Assembly (NCBI GenBank): GCA_963708135.1
Contig: OY970192.1
Coordinates: forward strand, 2,528,001-2,592,000
Length of the DNA: 64,000 nt
Direction: 5' to 3'
From: an uncultured Gemmatimonadales bacterium
Lineage (GTDB): Bacteria > Gemmatimonadota > Gemmatimonadetes > Longimicrobiales > RSA9
The notes beneath the pieces were generated by a model. It ran no database searches. It was given only the letters and a program-made list of their open reading frames with translations, and was not told the origin of the DNA. Shown in pieces: positions 11,101 to 21,993 of the stretch (position 1 is its first letter; the number at the start of each line of letters is the position of its first letter). The translations under genes and the position numbers were made by a program.

Positions 11101-11474
11101 TCCTGCCCGCCGCGATCCGAGACGAACGCGATCGTCTTGCCATCCGGTGAGATCGCCGGGTGGTAGTTCACGGCCACTCCGCTGCCGGCCGTCAGGCACT
11201 CCGCCTCGCCTCCCGTCACCGGCACGCGGTAGATCTGACCCAGCAGGTCGAACGCGAGCCACGCCCCGTCCGGAGCCACATCGACCGACATCCACGTGCC
11301 CTCGGCTGTCGTGAAGTCGATGTCGCGCGTCTGGCCCCGCGCCCGCGTGACATCCCACTTCGCCCCAGGCGACGTATCCCCCGCCGCCTGCCCGCGCGCC
11401 GCTCCCGCCCCACCCCCGAGCATGCCCGCCGCGACCGCGAGAACCCCCAACAGCCTGCCGCTCCCTTGACGCAT
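8103..11474 (-). CDS. Secreted PD40/TolB-like beta-propeller fused to a metal-dependent amidohydrolase domain
   Basis: Signal peptide; many SPDG repeats; IIPGFVDMHAH; GTLEPGKLADLLVLDANPL. GGAGG SD before ATG 11474. Confidence 0.85.
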   Translation of the reverse strand: MRQGSGRLLGVLAVAAGMLGGGAGAARGQAAGDTSPGAKWDVTRARGQTRDIDFTTAEGTWMSVDVAPDGAWLAFDLLGQIYRVPVTGGEAECLTAGSGVAVNYHPAISPDGKTIAFVSDRGGQDNLWLMDADGSHPRAVFQDENIRVVEPRWTPDGQYIVVQRQWAGEDRTAGAGQGGLWLYHREGGTGVKLVDAKDETGASWPSPGPDGRYLYFQVSNGRYPRDITLGAWQIRRLDRRTGRIREITTGEGEQQIRASSGGAIAPEVSPDGKWLAFARRIPDGTISYKGHRFGPRTALWLRDLETGAERILMDPITEDNAEGIKTLRVLPGYRWAPDGKSIYLSQGGKLRRVDVATGSVATIPFTARVHRTISEMAYAPVQITDGAFESHFLRWGASTPDGKTLVFQAVGHIWRVALPGGTPQRLTPASFTAFEYGPALSPDGRWVAFTSWDDAAGGAKLWKVPVGGGAPQALTPEVAEYVNPVWSPDGASIVVARGTGETAHGRGLVETPSYDLVRVPAGGGAGTVLAAVDQPLGAGFFSNSRSQIVEPSFGPDGRLFFPRQEKVKGKTVTALVSVKPDGSDEREHMTFPFADEAAPSPDGKWVAFQEGDNVYLTPLPMVGTGGEPVDIEKRHADLPVRQLSTQGGLFPRWRDASAVEFTSGNHFYVHHVGSEKTDTFAVHLMVPRNTPKGSVALTHARIITLRDRQVIEDGTIVVKGARLSCVGTCSTAGADRVMDATGKTIIPGFVDMHAHHYRESRGIVPQHSYEEAVNLAYGVTTSLDPSTWSEEVFPTAELIEAGLVVGPRTYSTGDPLYRGDGARQNSLTSYRVAYDNVARLKSWGAVTMKQYLQSRREQRQWVSDAARKLGLKVTAEGSDLAYNLGMIMDGQTGFEHPMSYTPLYGDAAKFFGLAHAVYSPTFIVGGPGPWNEEYFYQSSDVWKSPKQQLWMPWQQIMPQLRRRMLRPETDYSFPFIAQGLADVRAAGGYGAIGSHGQAQGIGAQWEVWMAASALGPMGALEVASVDGAHFLGVSDELGTLEPGKLADLLVLDANPLDDIHNTNRIHYVMQGGVLYDGMTLDEVWPVARPYGTRWWLTKPELRADDRGVDYYDHGAAPGGGPGH

Positions 11475-11687
11475 GCCTCCCCCTGCCTGTTCGGGATGGA
11501 TCCGGCCCCCTCCGCCCGTCCCCGGCCGCTCCGCCGGCGCCCGGCGGGCGGAGGTGTGCACTTCCGCACACCGGAGTGGATGCAGCCGCCCCCCCGAGCC
11601 GGTGCTCCGCTTGCGCGCGCGCGGCGCCGACACTGCCCGGTGTCCGAAGGATGCGCTGAGACGTCGTGAGTTGGTGGAACGTCCTGA

Positions 11688-11716
11688 GGTTTATTCGCCC
11701 CGCCCGGTCGTGTCAA
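11688..11716 (-). promoter_or_regulatory. Sigma70-like promoter for the amidohydrolase
   Basis: TTGACA-N17-TAAACC. Confidence 0.4.
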
Positions 11717-11816
11717 GAAGAATCCATCTCGCCGACGGCCCGACTACCCGCAGATCCTTCCTCGTCCGCTACTCGCGCCCCCCGAGCCCCGAGCCCCCGA
11801 TTCCTTGCACGACGAA

Positions 11817-11851
11817 GCCCCCGCGCCGGCCGAGCCGGCCCGCGGGGGCCT
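11817..11851 (-). terminator. GC-rich hairpin after the lipoprotein gene
   Basis: GCCCCCGCG...CGCGGGGGC stem; no clear U tract. Confidence 0.4.
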
Positions 11852-11899
11852 CGCACCCGCTCCCCTGCCGGGGGCGGGAGGACGTGGACCGGACGGCCG

Positions 11900-12778
11900 T
11901 CAGCGGCGCGCTACCTCGATCGGCTCGTCCGTGCGGATGACCACACGCGAGCCCTGGGGGAGGACGGCGTCCACGTCGGCCGTGCCCATGGCAATGGCGG
12001 TGCCTGCGGCCGCGCCGATGACCGCGCCCTTCACGGTGGAGCCGGTGCTGTGGCCGAGCACCTTCCCCAGGATCGCGCCGGCGGCCGCGCCGACCGCCAC
12101 CTTGCCCGCCTGCTGCGCGGTGCTCTGGCGAGTGTGTCGCTGCGGGTTCGCCTCGGTGACGGTGGCCTGCAGCGGGTAGGTGTGGCCGTCGAATGAGATC
12201 GACTCGAACGCGATCTTCATGACCGCCATCTGTCCGACGTGGTTTGACTTGTCCACTCCTGTCACACGCCCGTGCACGACCGCCCCGGCGGGGATCAGCA
12301 CGCTGCCGTCTCCCGCCAGCACGGGCTGGCTGAGGTGCGCGGTGAAGGCGTCCCCGGGGTTGTTCGTCTGCGTCGAGAGCGTCTGGTCGAGCAGCACGGC
12401 CATGCTCGTGCCCGTACCCACCGACGCCGTCGCCGGCGCGGGCGCCGGGGCCGGCTGTGGCGTGGGCGCGGTGCTCCGGGTCTGCGGCGCCGGTGTGGGC
12501 GTGCGGCGGGGCGCCGGCTCACGGCGCACCGGCGGCTGCGGCCTCGGCTCGGGTCTGGGTGGCGTGGCCGCCGGCGGCGGCGCGGCCTCGGTCCCGGTCA
12601 GGGCGGTGTCCTCGAAAGTGGCCGGTGTGCTGTCCTTCTGAAGCGCCAGGTTGAGGTCGCGATCGAGCTCATCCGACTTCAGCGCCGACTTCTCGTCCTG
12701 GCTCTTTCCGCAGGCGGCGGGCAGCGCCGCGAGCGGCAGCAGGATGAGGAGCGCCGCGGGTATGATCTTGCGGGACAT
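11900..12778 (-). CDS. Lipoprotein with Pro-rich linker and TrbI/VirB10-like beta domain with glycine zipper
   Basis: LPAAC lipobox; LSTQTNNPGDAFTA...VLIPAGAVVHGRV; GAAAGAILG...GAVIGAAAG. Confidence 0.65.
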   Translation of the reverse strand: MSRKIIPAALLILLPLAALPAACGKSQDEKSALKSDELDRDLNLALQKDSTPATFEDTALTGTEAAPPPAATPPRPEPRPQPPVRREPAPRRTPTPAPQTRSTAPTPQPAPAPAPATASVGTGTSMAVLLDQTLSTQTNNPGDAFTAHLSQPVLAGDGSVLIPAGAVVHGRVTGVDKSNHVGQMAVMKIAFESISFDGHTYPLQATVTEANPQRHTRQSTAQQAGKVAVGAAAGAILGKVLGHSTGSTVKGAVIGAAAGTAIAMGTADVDAVLPQGSRVVIRTDEPIEVARR

Positions 12779-12879
12779 GAGGCCCCTCCGTGTTTTTCGG
12801 CTGCTTGAAACCACCGGCCCCGGCGGGTACATTGAGCGGGGCGAACGGCCTTTTCGTGCTGAATCCGAAGGCTTCGAGG

Positions 12880-12895
12880 TGCAACGTGCATGCCA
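12880..12895 (-). promoter_or_regulatory. Sigma54-like promoter
   Basis: TGGCATGCACGTTGCA (GG-N10-GC). Confidence 0.65.
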
Positions 12896-12977
12896 GAGCG
12901 GGCCGTGGCGGAACGCCTTCGCCGCGGCCCTGTTTTCTTGACTTTGGGGACCCGGGAACGAGTCGACAGCCGCCAAG

Positions 12978-14771
12978 ATGAAGCAGCTTCGCACCCTTCT
13001 GCCCTATCTGCGCCCCTACCGCGGCGGCATCGCGCTCGGGCTCACGTTCGTGGTGTTTGCGAACGCGTTCGGCGTGCTCGCGCCCAAGCTGCTGGGGCTG
13101 GCCATCGACGCGCTGGGCCGCCCGGGCACGACGCGGTCCACGATCGTGCTGTACGCCGCCCTCGTGGTGGGCGCCGCGGTCCTGAGCGGTGGTGCGCGCT
13201 TCGGCATGCGGCAGCTCCTGAACGGCCTGAGCCGGCGCGTCGAGACGGATCTGCGCGACGACTTCTTCGCCCATCTCATCCGGCTCGACGCCGCGTTCTA
13301 CGGCCGTACGCGCACGGGCGATCTCATGAGCCGGGCCGTGAATGACACCGGCGCGGTCCGCATGGCCGCGGGCCCGGCCGTGATGTACCTGGTCAACACG
13401 ATCGTGATGACGGCCTTCGCCCTCGCGTTCATGCTGCGGATCAGCGCGCGGCTGACGCTGATCTCGCTGGTGCCAATGGTGCTGCTCCCGCCCGCCATGA
13501 TCTACTTCGGCCGGCTGATCCACCGGCAGTTCGAGGCCATCCAGGACCATCTGGGCGAGCTCTCGACCCTGGTCCAGGAGAACCTCTCGGGCGCCCGCAT
13601 CGTGCGCGCCTACCTCCAGGAGTCCTCCCAGGAGCGCGAGTTCGATGAGATGAACCGCGGCTACCTCAGGAAGAACATGGCCCTCGCCCGGACCTCCGGG
13701 CTCTTCAACCCGCTGCTCATGCTGCTCGCCGGCCTCGGCATGGTGATCGTGCTGTGGATCGGCGGCCGCCAGGTCGTCGCCGGGACGGTGTCGATCGGCG
13801 ACTTCGTCGCCTTCGGCTTCTACCTGAGCATGCTGACCTGGCCGATGATCGCCCTCGGCTGGGTGATCAACCTGTTCCAGCGCGGCGCGGCCTCGATGGG
13901 GCGCCTGAACCGCATTTTCGCCGCTGAGTCCGAGGTCCGCGAGCCGGCCACGCCCACCCGCCTGCCGCGCGTGCGCGGCGCGCTCGAGTTCGAGGGCGTC
14001 CACTTCCACTATCCCGCAAGCGAGCGCGACGTGCTGCACGGCCTCTCCTTCCGTATCGAGGCTGGCTCGACGGTCGCGCTCGTCGGCCCGACGGGCGCCG
14101 GCAAGACGACGATCGCGCAGCTCATTGCCCGCGTCTACGACCCGAGCGGCGGTGTGGTGCTTCTCGACGGCGTGCCGCTGCCGGAGCTCTCGCTCGTGCA
14201 GCTGCGTCACGCCATCGGCGTGGTGCCCCAGGAGGCCTTCGTCTTCTCGGAGACGATCGCCGAGAACATCGCGCTCGGCGCGGACGCCACGGCCGACCTC
14301 GATCGCCGCATCCGCGACGCGTCCGCCGTCGCGCAGCTCAATGACGCGATCGCCGGCTTCCCGCGCGGCTTCGAGACCCGCCTGGGAGAGCGCGGCGTGA
14401 ACCTCTCCGGCGGCCAGCGGCAGCGCACCACCCTCGCCCGCGCGCTCGCCCGCGATCCGCGCATCCTGATCCTCGATGATGCGCTGAGCGCCGTGGACAC
14501 CCACACCGAGACCCGCATCCTCGAGGGGTTGCGCCGCGAGCTTGCGGGCAGGACGGCCATCGTGATCAGTCACCGCGTCAGCGCCGTGATGCACGCCGAC
14601 CACATCCTCGTCCTCGACGACGGCCGGATCGTGGAGAGCGGCACGCACGCCGAGCTGCTGGCCGCCCGCGGCCTCTACGCCTCGCTGCTCCGCCGCCAGC
14701 TCCTCGAGGAGCGCCTCGAGAGCGGCGGTGAAGCCGACGATGCCTTCGCCGGCGCCTCCGCGGAGGGCTGA
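12978..14771 (+). CDS. ABC exporter, fused permease/ATPase (MdlA/MsbA-like)
   Basis: RTGDLMSR, GPTGAGKT, LSGGQRQR, ILDDALSAVD. Confidence 0.92.
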   Translation: MKQLRTLLPYLRPYRGGIALGLTFVVFANAFGVLAPKLLGLAIDALGRPGTTRSTIVLYAALVVGAAVLSGGARFGMRQLLNGLSRRVETDLRDDFFAHLIRLDAAFYGRTRTGDLMSRAVNDTGAVRMAAGPAVMYLVNTIVMTAFALAFMLRISARLTLISLVPMVLLPPAMIYFGRLIHRQFEAIQDHLGELSTLVQENLSGARIVRAYLQESSQEREFDEMNRGYLRKNMALARTSGLFNPLLMLLAGLGMVIVLWIGGRQVVAGTVSIGDFVAFGFYLSMLTWPMIALGWVINLFQRGAASMGRLNRIFAAESEVREPATPTRLPRVRGALEFEGVHFHYPASERDVLHGLSFRIEAGSTVALVGPTGAGKTTIAQLIARVYDPSGGVVLLDGVPLPELSLVQLRHAIGVVPQEAFVFSETIAENIALGADATADLDRRIRDASAVAQLNDAIAGFPRGFETRLGERGVNLSGGQRQRTTLARALARDPRILILDDALSAVDTHTETRILEGLRRELAGRTAIVISHRVSAVMHADHILVLDDGRIVESGTHAELLAARGLYASLLRRQLLEERLESGGEADDAFAGASAEG

Positions 14772-14774
14772 GCC

Positions 14775-15158
14775 GTGCCCGCGCCGAGCTCCCGCTCGAA
14801 GATCCTCATCGTCGAGGACGACCTTCTGCTCCGCGACGCCTACCGGATGCTGCTGGAGGACGCCGGCTACGGCGTGCAGGAGGCGGGCACGGCGGGGGAG
14901 GCGCTCGAGCTGGTGGCCGCCGACGCGCCGGCGCTGCTCCTCCTCGACCTCGGGCTCCCCGACCGACCGGGCCTCGACGTCGCCCGCGCGCTTCACGCGC
15001 GCCGCGAGACCGCGCAGGTCCCGATCATCGCCCTCACCGGCCGCGTGGGCGCAGACGAGAAGCGCGCGTGCCTCGAGGCCGGCTGCGCGCAGTACTTCTC
15101 CAAGCCCGTCGACCCGCGCGAGCTGCTCCGCCGCATCACCGAGCTGCTCCAGCGCTGA
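14775..15158 (+). CDS. Single-domain response regulator
   Basis: ILIVEDD, LLDLGLPD, IIALT, YFSKP. Confidence 0.9.
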   Translation: MPAPSSRSKILIVEDDLLLRDAYRMLLEDAGYGVQEAGTAGEALELVAADAPALLLLDLGLPDRPGLDVARALHARRETAQVPIIALTGRVGADEKRACLEAGCAQYFSKPVDPRELLRRITELLQR

Positions 15159-15175
15159 GCGGCGCGCGACGCCCG

Positions 15176-15899
15176 CTACAGCCGCTTCAGCAGGAAGTCC
15201 GGCGTCATCTTGAGGAAGTAGGCGGACAGCACGGAGAACGTGCCGCTCGCCAGCAGCACGCCGGCCAGCACCAGCATGGCACCCGAGACCTTCTCCAGCG
15301 TGGGGATCAGGGTGCGCATCCGCCGCGACGCGCCGAGAAAGGTCCCCGTCGCGAACGCCGCCAGAAGGAACGGCACCGCCAGCCCGAGCGCGTAGGCGCC
15401 GAGCAGCAGCATGCCACTTGCCATGGTCGCCCGCGTCGAGGCGTAGGTCAGCAGCGCGCCGAGAACGGGGCCGATGCACGGCGTCCAGCCGGCGCCGAAC
15501 ACCACGCCCGCCGCCACGGCGCCCAGGTAGCCGGCCGGCCGGCTCTGCATCTGGACGCGGCGCTCCCGCATGAGCGGGGCGATACGCAGGACGCCCAGCA
15601 GGTGCAGCCCGAAGACGATGATGAGCAGGCCGCCGATCCGCGCGATCCAGGTCTGCCAGCGCAGGAGGATCTGTCCGACGTAGGTCGCCGAGGCGCCCAG
15701 CGCCAGGAAGATGAGCGAGAAGCCCAGGACGAAGAGCAGCGCATGCGTGAGTGCCGCGCGTCGTCGCCCGCCGGCGCTCAGCTCCTCCAGCGACATGCCC
15801 GTGATGAAGCCGAGGTAGCTCGGCACCAGCGGCAGCACGCAGGGCGAGAGGAACGAGAGCACGCCGGCCCCGAAGGCCACCGCAAAGGACACTGATTCC

Positions 15900-15901
<2 letters not shown>
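15176..15901 (-). CDS. ccdA: Cytochrome c biogenesis protein CcdA
   Basis: SFLSPCVLPLVPSY, GWTPCIGPVLG, YALGLAVPF. Confidence 0.92.
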
Positions 15902-17750
<1,849 letters not shown>

Positions 17751-17799
17751 GGGGGAGGGAGAGGGGGCGGGAGGGTGAGGGCGGGGGTGAGGGGGCCGC

Positions 17800-18732
17800 T
17801 CAGGCGGCGAAGCGGTACCCGATCATCTTGTAGATGAGCTTGGCCACCAGGAAGTCGGGGGCGGGAAAGCCCGGGATCGGCGCCAGCTCCACGACGTCCG
17901 CGGCGACGACGTTCCGCGCGGCGAAGACGCGGCGGAGGAGCTTCAGGACGGGGTACCATTCGAGCCCGCCCGGCTCCGGCGTGCCGGTGGCGGGGACGAG
18001 CGCCGGATCGAGGCAGTCCACGTCGAAGGAGATGTAGACGTCGTCGCCGAGCCGGCCGATCACCTCGTCCATCCACGCCTCGCCATCGTGGATGTCGTCG
18101 GCCAGGAACAGGTGGATGTTCTCGGCGTCGCGGGCGAGCTCACGCTCCGCGCGCGTCAGCGCGCGGATCCCGACCGCCACCAGGTCCACCGACTCGTGGA
18201 CCCGGTGCATCACCGACGCGTGGGAGTAGGCGGAGCCCTCGTACTCGGGGCGGAGGTCCGTGTGCGCATCGAGCTGCAGGACGCTCAGCCGCCGGCTGCC
18301 GCCCGCGTTGTCCTCCCGCCCCAGCCGGTCGGCCCACGCCCGGATCGGGGCGCTGCTCACCGAGTGCTCACCGCCCAGAAGGATCACGAACTTCCCGGGC
18401 GCCGCGTCCAGCACGGCGTCGTACGCCTCGCGCAGCGCGCGCACGGCCGTCTCGGGCCCGGCGCCCGTCAGGTGGAGCGCCGGCAGGGTGCAGATCCCGG
18501 CATCGGACGGCTCCGCGTCCAGCTCCTGGTCGTAGAGCTCGATGTAGCGCGACGCCTCGAGGATCGCCGCGGGACCGCCCGCCGTGCCGCCGCCGTAGCT
18601 GGTCGTGGCCTCGTAGGGAACCGGAAGCAGCACCACGCGCGCATCGTCGAAGGCGCTCGTCGCCTCGTCGAGTCCGAGGAAGTTGCGCGGCAGCTCCCAG
18701 TCCAGGTGCTTCAGCGGCTCGGGCAGGTGCAT
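17800..18732 (-). CDS. speB: Agmatinase
   Basis: PYEATTSYGGGT, GGEHS, DAHTDLR, SFDVDCLDP, GTPEPGG. ATG overlaps the speA stop. Confidence 0.93.
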   Translation of the reverse strand: MHLPEPLKHLDWELPRNFLGLDEATSAFDDARVVLLPVPYEATTSYGGGTAGGPAAILEASRYIELYDQELDAEPSDAGICTLPALHLTGAGPETAVRALREAYDAVLDAAPGKFVILLGGEHSVSSAPIRAWADRLGREDNAGGSRRLSVLQLDAHTDLRPEYEGSAYSHASVMHRVHESVDLVAVGIRALTRAERELARDAENIHLFLADDIHDGEAWMDEVIGRLGDDVYISFDVDCLDPALVPATGTPEPGGLEWYPVLKLLRRVFAARNVVAADVVELAPIPGFPAPDFLVAKLIYKMIGYRFAA

Positions 18733-20612
18733 CACTGCTCCAAGTAGGTGTAGCCGGCCAGGCCGGCTATGTAATCCGCGATGAAGGCGTTCGCCTCGGC
18801 GCGCGTGAGCCCCGGCGCGTTCTGCACCTTGCGCCGGAACGTCGCGATCAGGTCCTGCGCGCTGTACTGCACGTAGTTGAGCACCTCGGTCACGGTGTTG
18901 CCGTGCACCAGGTCGCCCACCTCGTAGCCGCCGTTGATCAGCCGGATGTGCACCGCGTTCGTGTCGCCGAACAGGTTGTGCAGGTCTCCGAGGATCTCCT
19001 GGTACGCCCCCGTCAGGAAGATCCCCAGCACGTAGCGCTCGTCGCGCGCGAAGGTGTGCAGCTCCAGCGCCCGCTTCGGCCGCCGCCCCGCGAACCTGTC
19101 GATCTTGCCATCGGAGTCGCACGTCACGTCCTGCAGCGTGCCCGTCCTGCTCGGCGCCTCATCCAGCCGGTGGATCGGCATGATCGGGAACAGCTGGTCG
19201 ATCGCCCAGGAGTCCGGCAGCGACTGGAAAACGGAGAAGTTGCAGAAATAGCGATCCACCAGCGCCGCGCGCAGCTCGGGCAGGAAATCCGCGTACTCCT
19301 CCGGATCCGCCCCGGCCAGCGCCTCCATCCGGTTCATCACCGCCAGGAAGATGCGCTCCGCCTCCGCCCGCTCCCGCAGGGAGAGCGTGCCGCTGTTGAA
19401 GTGCGTGTGCATCTGCTCCTTGGCGAACGCCGCGTCGTGGTACAGCTCGCGCAGCCGCCCCGCCTCGATCTCCCGGTACGTCGCCGCCAGCTCGTGCAGC
19501 AGGGGGTGCGCCTCCTCGTCGATCTCGCCGGGCGGCTCCACGATCTGCGTCTCCAGGTCGATCACGTTCACCAGCAGCAGCGCGTGATGTGCCGTGAGCG
19601 CCCGCCCCGACTCGCTGATCACGTGCGGCATCGGCAGCTCGTTCTCCCGGCACGCCTCCGCCAGCGAGTACACGACGTCGTTCGCGTACTCCTGGATCGA
19701 GTAGTTGACGCTCCCCGTCGCCGTCGAGCGCGAGCCCTCGTAGTCGATCCCCAGCCCGCCGCCCACGTCCACGTACTCGATCGCCACCCCCATCTGCCGC
19801 AGCTCCACGTAGTAGCGCGAGACCTCCGCCATGGCCAGCTTGATGTTGCGGATGTCCGGAATCTGCGAGCCCAGGTGGAAGTGCACCATCTTCAGGATGT
19901 CCAGCCGCCCCGCCGCGCGCAGCTTGTCCAGCATCCGCACCAGCTCCGACGCGTTCAGCCCGAACTTGCTCTTCTCCCCCGCCGTCTCCGACCACCGCCC
20001 CGACCCCGTCGTCGACAGCTTGATCCGAACCCCCGCCGTCGGCACCACCCCCATCTCGTCCGCCGCCTTCAGCAGCGTGTCCACTTCTCCGTTCTTCTCG
20101 ATCACCACCAGCACCGTGTGGCCCAGCTTCTGCCCCATGAGCGCCAGCCGCAGGAACTCCTCGTCCTTGTAGCCGTTGCAGATGATCAGGTGGTCCGTTC
20201 GCTCCGTCAGCGCCAGCACCGCCTGCAGCTCCGGCTTGCTCCCCACCTCCAGCCCCACGCCGTACTTCTCCCCGAACGCGACGATCTCCTCCACCACGTG
20301 CCGCTGCTGGTTCACCTTGATCGGGTACACCGTCGTGTACCGCCCCTCGTACTCGAACTCCCCGATCGCGCCCCGGAACCGCTCCGCCAGCGTCTCGATC
20401 CGCGTCCGCAGGATGTCGGAGAAGCGCAGCAGCAGCGGCAGCCCCAACCCCTGCGCCTCCAGGTCCATGGCCAGGTCGTACAGGTCGATCCCACGCTCCG
20501 GGTTCCGGTCCGGGTGCACCGTCACGTGCCCCTCCCCGTTCACCCCGAAATAGCCGATCCCCCAGCCCTCCACGTTGTAGAGCCGGCGCGCATCGTCCAG
20601 CGTCCAGGTCAT
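18732..20612 (-). CDS. speA: Biosynthetic arginine decarboxylase
   Basis: VYPIKVNQQR, GSKPEL, KFGL, HFHLGSQI, DVGGGLG, TCDSDG, GAYQEILGDLHNLFG. Confidence 0.96.
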   Translation of the reverse strand: MTWTLDDARRLYNVEGWGIGYFGVNGEGHVTVHPDRNPERGIDLYDLAMDLEAQGLGLPLLLRFSDILRTRIETLAERFRGAIGEFEYEGRYTTVYPIKVNQQRHVVEEIVAFGEKYGVGLEVGSKPELQAVLALTERTDHLIICNGYKDEEFLRLALMGQKLGHTVLVVIEKNGEVDTLLKAADEMGVVPTAGVRIKLSTTGSGRWSETAGEKSKFGLNASELVRMLDKLRAAGRLDILKMVHFHLGSQIPDIRNIKLAMAEVSRYYVELRQMGVAIEYVDVGGGLGIDYEGSRSTATGSVNYSIQEYANDVVYSLAEACRENELPMPHVISESGRALTAHHALLLVNVIDLETQIVEPPGEIDEEAHPLLHELAATYREIEAGRLRELYHDAAFAKEQMHTHFNSGTLSLRERAEAERIFLAVMNRMEALAGADPEEYADFLPELRAALVDRYFCNFSVFQSLPDSWAIDQLFPIMPIHRLDEAPSRTGTLQDVTCDSDGKIDRFAGRRPKRALELHTFARDERYVLGIFLTGAYQEILGDLHNLFGDTNAVHIRLINGGYEVGDLVHGNTVTEVLNYVQYSAQDLIATFRRKVQNAPGLTRAEANAFIADYIAGLAGYTYLEQ

Positions 20613-20699
20613 TCCCCTCCATCCGGTACGGGTGCCTCGCGAACGGCGCGCAAGTTACCGACTGGACCTCTCTTGGGAAAGCCGATCCACCCCACCGCC

Positions 20700-20912
20700 C
20701 GGCCCACCCGTGCCCCTGCCCGTGCCCCTGCCCGTGCCTGGTTCATGTGCCTCCGGTTCATGCCCCTCTTCCGTGCCATTGCCCGTGACCCCTGCCGCTG
20801 TTCGGCGAACCCACGGCTACGGACCACGGCCAGGGGCACGGAAGACGGGCAGAAAAAGGCAGCGGGCAGGGGCAGCGGAATCGGCAGGGGAAGGGGCAGC
20901 GGAAGGGACACC
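20700..20912. repeat. Imperfect palindrome built of hexamer repeats
   Basis: CCCGTG/CCCCTG units on the left, GGCAGG/GGCAGC on the right. 20761-20777 pairs 16/17 with 20835-20851. Confidence 0.7.
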
Positions 20913-20953
20913 GCGGTCGGGGGAGGGATGGCGCCCCGGATGGCCACGACTCC

Positions 20954-21433
20954 CTAGATCGTCTCGATCGGGCAGGTCAGGCCCTCCCACTCCAGCGTCC
21001 GGCCCGCCGCCTGGCATGCCGCGCACAGACCGTACATCTCCAGCCGATAGCGCGCTGGCGCGAAGCCGTTCCGCCGCGCCGCCTCCTCCTGCACCCGCGC
21101 CAGCTCCGGCGTCTCCACCTTCGACACCTTGCCGCATTCCGTGCAGATCAGGTGCTCGTGGATCGGGCTCTGGCCGAACAGGTGCTCGTACCGCTTGAAG
21201 CCCTCGCCGAAGTCGTGCTCCGCCACCAGCCCGCTCCGCACCAGCATCTCCAGCGTCCGGTAGATCGTCGCCTTCCCGATCCGCTCGCCCCGCTCCCGCA
21301 CCGCCTGCTCGATCTCCTCCACCGACAGGTGCTCCGGCGAGCCGAACACGACCTCCGCGATCGCCTCCCGCTGCTGCGTCACCGGCAGCCCCTGGTCGCG
21401 CAGGTAGCGCCGGAACAGGTGCACGTACGCCAT
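20954..21433 (-). CDS. fur: Fur family transcriptional regulator
   Basis: TQQREAI, HLSVEEI, ATIYRTL, HEHLICTECG, YGLCAAC. Subfamily not resolved. Confidence 0.9.
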   Translation of the reverse strand: MAYVHLFRRYLRDQGLPVTQQREAIAEVVFGSPEHLSVEEIEQAVRERGERIGKATIYRTLEMLVRSGLVAEHDFGEGFKRYEHLFGQSPIHEHLICTECGKVSKVETPELARVQEEAARRNGFAPARYRLEMYGLCAACQAAGRTLEWEGLTCPIETI

Positions 21434-21456
21434 CGGCCTCCTCGTTTCCCACACGC

Positions 21457-21483
21457 TATCAACAATAATTATTAATAGTTGAA
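21457..21483. promoter_or_regulatory. Fur/PerR-like operator
   Basis: AT-rich TCAACAATAATTATTAATAGTTGA with perfect core palindrome AATAATTATT, directly upstream of fur. Confidence 0.6.
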
Positions 21484-21502
21484 GCCCCTGCCAGGCGCAA
21501 TG

Positions 21503-21988
21503 TTACGGCTCCGGCGCCGGCTCCGGCGCCGGCAGCGCCGCCAGCAGACGCGACCAGCGCGTCGGCTCGCCCGCCACGCGTGCGTAGCGCGGGGGCGCGT
21601 CCAGGTCCTCGCCCAGGCGGCGCAGCACGCCCTCGACCACGCGCCCGACTCGGTCGTGCGGCGCGGTCCCCTGCTCGACCACGCTCTCGGTCACGGACGC
21701 GGAGCCGTTCTTCTCTCGCGTGACGGTGTAGCGGGCGGTGAGGACGCCCCTGCGATCCTCCCCCTCCGGATCGTAGGCGGCGACGACGACGACGGTGCTC
21801 TCGGCGGCTCCGAGCTTCCGGGCGGGGAAGATCCAGATCTCGTCGATGCTCTCGATCGAGAGGCGAGCGAGGAGTCGGGCGAGGAGGTCCTGGACCGACC
21901 CGGCGGGCGGCGTCGCCTCGGGCGGCTCCGTCCGAACGGCATCGGGCCCGGGCGGCGCTCCCTGCCGCGGGAGCTCGGTCTGGCTCAT
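21503..21988 (-). CDS. Hypothetical protein
   Basis: MSQTELPRQ...IDEIWIFPARK...; GC3-typical codons; starts 5 bp after the upstream stop. Confidence 0.7.
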   Translation of the reverse strand: MSQTELPRQGAPPGPDAVRTEPPEATPPAGSVQDLLARLLARLSIESIDEIWIFPARKLGAAESTVVVVAAYDPEGEDRRGVLTARYTVTREKNGSASVTESVVEQGTAPHDRVGRVVEGVLRRLGEDLDAPPRYARVAGEPTRWSRLLAALPAPEPAPEP

Positions 21989-21993
21989 CCCGC

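Noticed and set aside
11900..12778. Conjugation system from the VirB10-like domain
   Set aside because: No other type IV secretion genes; a stand-alone lipoprotein.
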